From contig CAIQCJ010000001.1 of the NCBI GenBank assembly GCA_903870315.1, positions 1 through 42,702 of the forward strand: a stretch of DNA of 42,702 bases, given 5' to 3'. Positions within the stretch are counted from its first letter, which is position 1. Each line of letters begins with the position of its first letter. The notes under the pieces are model-generated. The model saw only the letters and a list, made by a program, of their open reading frames with translations, did not search any database and had not been told where the DNA came from. Made by a program: the position numbers and the translations under genes. Shown here piece by piece: positions 28,185 through 34,897 of the stretch. The stretch is from an uncultured bacterium. GTDB taxonomy: Bacteria; Patescibacteriota; Minisyncoccia; Phycocordibacterales; PALSA-1337.

Positions 28185-29696
28185 CTATGAGACAAAATGT
28201 TTTTTCCTAATATCTTGTTTTTTTTTCTCCACTTCTTCTTCCTTCCTTTCTTTTCCTGCCTCACCAAGGTCTTTCAGGGCTTTCTCGTCCATAGAGACAA
28301 GCCACAAAGCTCTTTTCTCTAGGTATTCAGTAGTATTTAGTTTCACATCCTCTATAACCTCTTCAAATAGGGCATGTAGCAACCAGCCGATCTTTGGTCC
28401 GGCTGGTATATGACAGACTTCCATAAGTCTTTTACCATCTATTTTTAGCATAGACACAGAAACCGGGCCAGAGAGAGCTTCTTCTATCATGGCCTTGTAT
28501 TTACGTAGTCTATACGGGTTTTCCTTAGGTCTGCCAGTTCCTATACGGTCGCATATGCGCACATTCATGAGATCCCAGATGTTTTCACGTCCCACATTAA
28601 CTATCATACGCCTGACAGCAGATAAGGATATCTGCTCAGTGTCAGAGAAGAACATATGCCAACGGCACAGCTTGTAGACTTTTTCTATTGTTACACGTGA
28701 AAACCTCATTCTTTCTAGTATTTGACGTGTTTCACGTGAACCAATCACTTCGTGGCCATAAAACGTATAAGTATTACTTTCACGTGAAAAGCCTCGACTT
28801 TTTGGCTTACCAACATCATGAAATAGGGCAGAAAGCCTTATCTCTATATCCCATTTCTTATCTGCGGCATGCTGGAGACTTCGAAGTAAATGTTCCCAGA
28901 CGTCATAAACATGAGTCCCTCTTTGTTCTATTCCAATACCTTTCTCTAGTTCTGGTATGAAATGGCTTAACAGAGCTGTTTCATGAAGCATCTCTAATCC
29001 AAGTTTAGGATTAGGAGACATTATTATCTTTGTAAATTCGTCGCGTATACGCTCTGTAGATACATCTTTTATAAGATTATTATGGCTCTGTATGGCCTTA
29101 TAAGTAGCTTTTTCTATAGTGAAACCAAGTTCCACAGCTAGTCTGATAGTACGCATCATCCTTAGCGCATCTTCATTAAAGCGATCCGTTGGATTCCCAA
29201 CGGTTCGTATAACTTTGTCTTTTATATCAGTAAAGCCACCATAAAGATCTATGATGTCCTTTATGGCACCATCTGACAACGAGATAGCTATAGCGTTTAT
29301 GGTGAGGTCACGTCTCTTAAGGTCGTCTTCTAGTTTATCGCTGAAAGACACTCTGTCCGGGTGTCTACGATCAGAATAACCAGTCTCTAGTCTGTACGGT
29401 GTTATTTCTATAGAGCATAAAGTTTCATCGATTGTTCCATCTTCAGTTTTTGTCTCAATATTTTCATTTATGACTGCCACGGTGCCAAATATATTTTCAT
29501 ATACGGTTTTTGGAAATATCTTTTGTATATCTTCAGGCTTTGCGTTTGTAGTAATGTCCCAGTCTTTTGGTTTTCGTCCAAGAAAAATATCACGGACACA
29601 CCCACCAACCAAGTAAGCTTCAAAGCCAGCTCTTTCTAGGTCTTTGACGGTGTTCGCTATCTCCACTGGAATAGGGCTATTTTGAGCCATTTTCAT
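28185..29696 (-). CDS. cca: CCA tRNA nucleotidyltransferase with HD domain
   Basis: YLVGGCVRD...DWDITT, EDDLKRRDLTINA, RFNEDALRMMR, STERIRDE, LFHDVGKP. Confidence 0.95.
   Translation of the reverse strand: MKMAQNSPIPVEIANTVKDLERAGFEAYLVGGCVRDIFLGRKPKDWDITTNAKPEDIQKIFPKTVYENIFGTVAVINENIETKTEDGTIDETLCSIEITPYRLETGYSDRRHPDRVSFSDKLEDDLKRRDLTINAIAISLSDGAIKDIIDLYGGFTDIKDKVIRTVGNPTDRFNEDALRMMRTIRLAVELGFTIEKATYKAIQSHNNLIKDVSTERIRDEFTKIIMSPNPKLGLEMLHETALLSHFIPELEKGIGIEQRGTHVYDVWEHLLRSLQHAADKKWDIEIRLSALFHDVGKPKSRGFSRESNTYTFYGHEVIGSRETRQILERMRFSRVTIEKVYKLCRWHMFFSDTEQISLSAVRRMIVNVGRENIWDLMNVRICDRIGTGRPKENPYRLRKYKAMIEEALSGPVSVSMLKIDGKRLMEVCHIPAGPKIGWLLHALFEEVIEDVKLNTTEYLEKRALWLVSMDEKALKDLGEAGKERKEEEVEKKKQDIRKKHFVS
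28689..28791. other. Cluster of three parS-like palindromes inside cca
   Basis: TGTTACACGTGAAACC (28689), TGTTTCACGTGAACCA (28728) and ACTTTCACGTGAAAAG (28776), compared with the consensus TGTTNCACGTGAAACA. Confidence 0.75.
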
Positions 29697-29798
29697 AACT
29701 ATAATGTAGCATTATTTGGGGTTTTTGGCTATGTGCGCTACTATAACGATGCGTGTTCTGTGAGATGTTTGTAAATGTTATAGATATATAGCGCCAAT

Positions 29799-29870
29799 GC
29801 CCTCGTAGTGAAATGGATATCACACCAGTCTTCGGAACTGATGTTGGGGGTTCGAGTCCCTCCGAGGGCA
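29799..29870 (+). tRNA. tRNA-Arg(TCG)
   Basis: GCCCTCG/CGAGGGC acceptor stem, anticodon loop CT-TCG-GA, GGTTCGAGTCC T-arm; no encoded CCA. Confidence 0.93.
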
Positions 29871-29945
29871 CAAGGATGTTTCAGAAAATTTTGTAAAAAA
29901 AGAAAATTGCGCTATACTAAGACACGCTCATTTTCAGAATATTTT

Positions 29946-30016
29946 GCGGGTATTGTTTAATGGTAGGACGCGTCCTTGCCAAGGACGAGGTGGGAGTTCG
30001 ATTCTCCCTACCCGCA
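29946..30016 (+). tRNA. tRNA-Gly(GCC)
   Basis: GCGGGTA/TACCCGC acceptor stem, CGTCC-TTGCCAA-GGACG anticodon arm; no encoded CCA. Confidence 0.95.
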
Positions 30017-30290
30017 CATTTTGTAAGACTGCACACAGCTAGCATATTTGGGTTTTTTGTATTTGTAAGTCCCATATATTTAGTATCCAGTGTCCTTGTC
30101 CAAATTTCCTTAATAAATGGCTGTATTACTAAAGCTATACATATAAACTGTGGATAAGTCTGTGGATGTCGTTTATAAAAGACACAAAATATGGCTAACT
30201 ATCGTTATTTTGTGTATTTTATTTTGGCCTTTTGTTAAATGGCTAAACAAAGGCTTTTAACAGCAGGATGGTTTAAAAGTCACTTAAAAT

Positions 30291-30707
30291 GTGTTAGAAA
30301 ACAATTTAAAATTTACAGATACCAGATCGCTCGGAAATATAGGTGAAGATGTTGCTTGTAAATTTCTGGAGAGGAGAGATTTTGTTATTGTTATTAGGAA
30401 TTTTCGTAGAAAATGGGGAGAAATAGATATTGTCGCGCATAGGAAATCTAGCCGAGATCAGATATATAATACGCTGCATTTTTTCGAAGTTAAAAGTGTT
30501 ACAACATATAGGACAGATCACAGTCCAGAAGAAAATGTTCATTCATTTAAAGCAAGACAGATTAAGAGGATGATTCAGACATATATGGCCGATGTTGTTG
30601 GCGGTATGACAGGGGAGGCGGTGTTCGAGTTTCATGTTCTTTGTGTGTATTTGGACGTAAAGAGACGTCTTGCGCGTGTAAAGTGGTTGAATAATATCAT
30701 TATATAG
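30291..30707 (+). CDS. yraN: YraN-family (UPF0102) nuclease
   Basis: LGNIGEDVACKFL, RNFRRKWGEIDIVA, FFEVKS. Confidence 0.9.
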   Translation: MLENNLKFTDTRSLGNIGEDVACKFLERRDFVIVIRNFRRKWGEIDIVAHRKSSRDQIYNTLHFFEVKSVTTYRTDHSPEENVHSFKARQIKRMIQTYMADVVGGMTGEAVFEFHVLCVYLDVKRRLARVKWLNNIII

Positions 30708-30803
30708 CTATACTGTTCTCTTATAAGTTATTTTGTGCTACGATAGTGCAACGGAAAGTTTGTTATCATATAAGTATAGTTTCATTGTGTGAGATGTGTG
30801 TAT

Positions 30804-30876
30804 CGGGGCGTGGTGTAACGGCTAACATGCCTCTTTTGGGAAGAGGTGACTCCGGGTTCGAATCCCGGCGCCCCGA
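30804..30876 (+). tRNA. tRNA-Pro(TGG)
   Basis: CGGGGCG/CGCCCCG acceptor stem, CCTCT-TTTGGGA-AGAGG anticodon arm, GGTTCGAATCC. Confidence 0.95.
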
Positions 30877-30881
30877 CAGAT

Positions 30882-31382
30882 ATGATAGAAATATATAAGA
30901 AAATATACAATTTTTTTGATAAGCTTGAAGATGTCGTAAGAGGTCATTTGAGTCAATATCCGATCGTCTATACAATAATCGGTGGTGTAGCAGTTGTATT
31001 ATTTTGGAGAGGGGTTTGGCATACCGCTGATATTCTCCAGTCTCAAGGTGGTTGGCTAGGCGCAATCTTCTATGAGCCAACAAATCTTATAATTGTTACA
31101 ATTGTCTTATTGATGATTGGATTATTTGTGTCATATTTCGTCGGCGACACCATTCTGATTAGTGGTATAAAGAAGCAGAAAAAAGTTACAGACAAGACAG
31201 AGAAAGAAGTTAAGGGAGAAGAACAAGAGTTGATAAAAATCCAGTCAACTATTAAAGAAATGAAGAAAGAAGTTGACGAAATGAAGGAGGAAGTTGACGA
31301 AGAGTACAAAATGCGTCATTCTTCTTCAGCTACAGGTGTTATGATAGGGAATGGGGCTGGTAAGGTTGTAGAGAAAAAGTAA
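30882..31382 (+). CDS. Conserved hypothetical membrane protein with a C-terminal coiled coil
   Basis: FFDKLEDVVRGHLSQYPIVY..IGGVAVVLFWRGVWHTAD and two TM helices. Start moved to 30882 so that it lies outside tRNA-Pro. Confidence 0.8.
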   Translation: MIEIYKKIYNFFDKLEDVVRGHLSQYPIVYTIIGGVAVVLFWRGVWHTADILQSQGGWLGAIFYEPTNLIIVTIVLLMIGLFVSYFVGDTILISGIKKQKKVTDKTEKEVKGEEQELIKIQSTIKEMKKEVDEMKEEVDEEYKMRHSSSATGVMIGNGAGKVVEKK

Positions 31383-31384
31383 AA

Positions 31385-31455
31385 GCGGGATTAGTTTAAT
31401 GGTAAAATAACAGTTTTCCAAACTGTGGTTGGGAGTTCGATTCTCCCATCCCGCA
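31385..31455 (+). tRNA. tRNA-Gly(TCC)
   Basis: GCGGGAT/ATCCCGC acceptor stem, ACAGT-TTTCCAA-ACTGT anticodon arm. Confidence 0.95.
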
Positions 31456-31613
31456 CAAATAAGGGTGATGTTGATGTATGGCTTAATAGAGCCATTGTGT
31501 AGTTCGAGACACTGATGCGTCAAAAATTTTAGTGAGTATTTGAGCCGTATTTTTAGTTCGATTCTCTGCTCCCTTAAACATCGAAGTCGTTTTGTTGCAG
31601 TATATTTTTCCAG

Positions 31614-31754
31614 TTATTTTGTTTCTACTACGTTAGTTGATTTAGATAGCTCAAGTTTTTTGTCCTTAAGAATGATCTTACTTTTTATGCATGAGAGTAC
31701 TTCTCGCTTTTCAATCAGCAGTCCATTTTGAAGAAGGTATTTTGTAGCATCTCT
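31614..31754 (-). pseudogene. C-terminal remnant, possibly of a large serine recombinase
   Basis: RDATKYLLQNGLLIEKREVLSCIKSKIILKDKKLEL... has no start codon and resembles the C-terminus I recall for tRNA-adjacent CPR recombinases (KYxLxxGxxxEKRExLxCxxSxxxLxxK). Confidence 0.45.
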
Positions 31755-31767
31755 TCAATGGCTTCCA

Positions 31768-31917
31768 ATGCTTCGATATCCCCAGTTAAAGATCCGATGT
31801 GAGGAGACGGCTAGGCTGTCACGCAGATCGAAATTAGTTAAAGTAAAAGATGCTTCGCATGATATAGCTCATTCGAGCTATCAGGAAGCCCTAAGATTAG
31901 AACTTGGGAATATTTAA
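31768..31917 (+). pseudogene. C-terminal remnant, possibly of an alpha/beta-hydrolase-like gene
   Basis: MLRYPQLKIRCEETARLSRRSKLVKVKDASHDIAHSSYQEALRLELGNI*. The strand-'VKDASH'-helix ending is typical of the catalytic-His region. Confidence 0.45.
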
Positions 31918-31920
31918 TAA

Positions 31921-31952
31921 ACAAAAATCCCCCTTACGGGGGGTCTTTTGTT
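31921..31952. terminator. Bidirectional intrinsic terminator (after hup)
   Basis: ACAAAAATCCCCC-TTAC-GGGGGGTCTTTTGT. Confidence 0.85.
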
Positions 31953-32031
31953 CGATAGTAGTAGAGACAAATGAGCTGTCGAAGGCTTATATGGCTTTAC
32001 TTTTGGCTTTTGGCCCAGACTAGATACAGAT

Positions 32032-32304
32032 TTATTTTACTGCGTCCTTAAGTGCCTTTGCGGCGCGGAACTTTGGAACCTTCATAGCAGGGACCTTTAT
32101 GGCTTCACCTGTGCGAGGGTTACGAGCCTCACGAGCTGCACGCTGCTTTACGGAGAAGATACCAAGACCAGCGATAGATACCTCATCACCCTTCTTAAGG
32201 GAGTCTATAACGCTATTAATAACTGTCTCGACTGCCTGCTCGGCTTGAACCTTTGTTCCGCCGAGGACTCCGTGAACCGCTTCTACAATGCTTGCTTTGT
32301 TCAT
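32032..32304 (-). CDS. hup: DNA-binding protein HU
   Basis: MNKASIV...IAGLGIFSV..RAAREARNPRTGEAIKVPA..VPKFRAAKALKDAVK. Start moved to 32304. Confidence 0.97.
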   Translation of the reverse strand: MNKASIVEAVHGVLGGTKVQAEQAVETVINSVIDSLKKGDEVSIAGLGIFSVKQRAAREARNPRTGEAIKVPAMKVPKFRAAKALKDAVK

Positions 32305-32453
32305 GTTTGTTCTATTATGGCTAATAATTTCTCGGTCCACTACAGGCGGATCGAGTCACTGACTATGCATATATTATATATTAAGCTGTATTTTAGGCAA
32401 TAGGCTGTAAAGTTGACCGTCGAGAGCGACTTGATGCCTTGTTAATAATGATT

Positions 32454-33983
32454 TTATCTAGCAAACTCGATGGTTCTTTGTTCACGTATGACTATGACTT
32501 TGATTTCACCAGGATATTTCATATCTTTTTCGATTTTCAAGGCTATCTCGCGTGCAATATTCTTGGATTCTACATCTCCCAACTCTTCTGGTCTGACAAA
32601 GACACGTATTTCACGACCAGCTTGGAGTGCATAGGCTTTTTCTATACCTTTGAATGAAGTAGCTATGGCTTCTAGATCGCCGAGACGCTTCAAGTAGTTT
32701 TCGACATTGTCGCGACGAGCTCCTGGGCGTGATCCGGATATAGCATCAGCAGTCTGGACTATACGGGATTCGATAGTCTCATAAGGGTATTCTTCATGAT
32801 GTGATTGCATAGCCTTGATAACTTCTTCCGGAGCCCCAAACTTTTGTAATATACGACGACCTATTTCGACATGAGTACCAGTGACTTCATGGTCAAGGGC
32901 CTTACCGATATCGTGGAGTAGTGCACCGGCTTTGGCTACTTGTACGTTTGCACCAAGTTCCTCGGCTATCATGCCGGCAATATGGGCCATTTGTACAGAG
33001 TGCATAAGAACATTTTGACCATAACTGGTACGGAAATGTAGACGACCAAGGATGAGCAATATGCGAGGATCGAGACCGATGACACCACATTCATAAGCGG
33101 CTTGCTCACCTTTTTCTTTGATGGTTTTGTTGATATCTTGCTTGGCTTTTTCGACAACCTGTTCGATGCGTGACGGCTGTATACGGCCATCTTTCAGGAG
33201 TTCTTCAAGTGCTAAACGAGCCACGTGGCGACGTACTGGGTCAAATGAAGAGATGGTGATGGCTCCTGGGGTATCATCGACTAGCACCTCAACTCCGGTG
33301 ATACGTTCGAATGATTTTATATTGCGACCTTCCTTACCAATAATCTTACCTTTGACATCATCACTCGGTATAGGAACGACCGTAGACATAACATCAGATG
33401 CTACAGAAGAGGCGAGGCGCTGTATTGAGACAGCTAATATGTCGCGGGCCTTATTTTCTAGTAGTTCTTCACCTTGAGTATCAAGCTTATTCATACGGAC
33501 CATGATATCTTCCTCATAATTTTTCTCGGCAGCCTTGATGACTTCATCTTTCGCTTGTTCTGTTGTTAGACGAGCCACCTTCTCTATAGCTATCTTGCGA
33601 TCTTGCTCTAGCTTGTCAGCTTGCTCGCGGATAGCCTTGATCTCAGCGACACGCTGTTTGACCAATTCAACCTCCTTATCTAGGTCTACTTGGCGTTTAT
33701 CTAGAAAATCCTCCTTTTTTATAAGGCGGTCTTCTACTTGGTGTATCTTTTCCTCCTTCTCTCTTATCTCAACCTTTGCGTCCTCTACGATCTTGGAATT
33801 CTTGGCTTCAGCTTCAGCAGTAATCTTCTTTGCATCTTCTTTGGCTGTCAGGAGCATTTCCTTGATTTCGAGTTCCATTGAACCCTTTTTCCCCAAGGAA
33901 ATGATCAGACGCAAATAGTAACCAACTGCTGCGCCAATGACCCCAGCGATGGAAAGAAATAGTGCGACTAGTTTTAATGACAT
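32454..33983 (-). CDS. rny: Ribonuclease Y
   Basis: N-terminal TM, coiled coil, KH domain (KGKIIGKEGRNI), HD domain (LLHDIGK), ADAISGSRPGAR. Confidence 0.98.
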   Translation of the reverse strand: MSLKLVALFLSIAGVIGAAVGYYLRLIISLGKKGSMELEIKEMLLTAKEDAKKITAEAEAKNSKIVEDAKVEIREKEEKIHQVEDRLIKKEDFLDKRQVDLDKEVELVKQRVAEIKAIREQADKLEQDRKIAIEKVARLTTEQAKDEVIKAAEKNYEEDIMVRMNKLDTQGEELLENKARDILAVSIQRLASSVASDVMSTVVPIPSDDVKGKIIGKEGRNIKSFERITGVEVLVDDTPGAITISSFDPVRRHVARLALEELLKDGRIQPSRIEQVVEKAKQDINKTIKEKGEQAAYECGVIGLDPRILLILGRLHFRTSYGQNVLMHSVQMAHIAGMIAEELGANVQVAKAGALLHDIGKALDHEVTGTHVEIGRRILQKFGAPEEVIKAMQSHHEEYPYETIESRIVQTADAISGSRPGARRDNVENYLKRLGDLEAIATSFKGIEKAYALQAGREIRVFVRPEELGDVESKNIAREIALKIEKDMKYPGEIKVIVIREQRTIEFAR

Positions 33984-34134
33984 ATGCGAATGTGATTCGC
34001 TCCTTAGAGACTAAGGCGATAGGATTATTTTATGAGGCTTTGCAAGGGGGTTTGGGCTATCATGTCTAGAAAAGTTCATAATATTTTTTATCACTAAGGC
34101 TTAAAAAAGCGAAATCAAAAATTAAATTGGTAAC
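33984..34134 (-). promoter_or_regulatory. Structured 5' leader (or cotranscribed ncRNA) of rny
   Basis: -10 TATTAT at 34141-46; rod-like pairing between 34116-34076 and 34035-33994. Confidence 0.6.
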
Positions 34135-34268
34135 ATGGTCATAATACAATAGGTTAGTGCTTTGCGCAAATTAGATTTTTACTGATTTGCCACATTTTGA
34201 TTTTTGGGTTATAGTCATACAATAATAATTAATTGCGCATGCGCCTTGCGACTTGCGCCTTCATAAAT

Positions 34269-34856
34269 ATGTCATATCTTATACCAACAGTCATAGAGAA
34301 AAGCCCACAAGGTGAACGCGCTTATGATATCTATTCACGTCTTCTGAAAGAGGGGGTTATTTTCCTAGGTGGACCTATTGATGACAGTGTGGCAAATATA
34401 GTTATTGCTCAACTTCTTTTTCTGCAGTCAGAAGACCCAAAGAAAGAGATAAGTATGTATATCAATTCTCCTGGTGGATCAATATCTGCTGGAATGGCTA
34501 TTATAGACACAATGCAACATATCAAGAATGATGTTTCTACGGTCTGTGTCGGTATGGCGGCTTCTATGGGGGCGGTTATATTATCTTGTGGTACAAAAGG
34601 GAAAAGATTTGCATTACCAAATTCTGAGATTATGATTCATCAGCCACTCGGTGGAGTCGAAGGTCAGGCTTCAGATATTGAGATAAGTGCAAAAAGGATT
34701 TTAAAGAATCGTGCAGTCTTGAATAAGATGTTATCCAAGAATACTGGTCAAACATTGAGTAAGATCGAGAAGGATGTTGATCGTGATTTCTTTATGGATG
34801 CCGACGAGTCGAAGAAATACGGTATCATCGATACTATTTTGCCAAGCAAGAAATAA
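34269..34856 (+). CDS. clpP: ATP-dependent Clp protease proteolytic subunit
   Basis: [34 protein letters not shown]. Start moved to 34269. Confidence 0.98.
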   Translation: MSYLIPTVIEKSPQGERAYDIYSRLLKEGVIFLGGPIDDSVANIVIAQLLFLQSEDPKKEISMYINSPGGSISAGMAIIDTMQHIKNDVSTVCVGMAASMGAVILSCGTKGKRFALPNSEIMIHQPLGGVEGQASDIEISAKRILKNRAVLNKMLSKNTGQTLSKIEKDVDRDFFMDADESKKYGIIDTILPSKK

Positions 34857-34897
34857 CAACCAGATAAACTCATACCACTCCGGACGACCATCAATCT

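Noticed and set aside
29677-30157. Short ORFs overlapping tRNA genes (29677-29871 and 29960-30157; likewise 30766-31083 and 31326-31523)
   Set aside because: They overlap clear tRNA cloverleaves and are translation artefacts.
31790-31910. Three consecutive plus-strand hairpins suggesting an ncRNA or ribozyme
   Set aside because: No hammerhead, twister or pistol core was found, and the stretch reads as a protein C-terminus. An ncRNA is not fully excluded.
34150-34262. Possible CIRCE/CtsR operator upstream of clpP (TTAGTGC, TTGCGC repeats)
   Set aside because: It does not match TTAGCACTC-N9-GAGTGCTAA or the CtsR heptad repeat, and the repeats are irregular.
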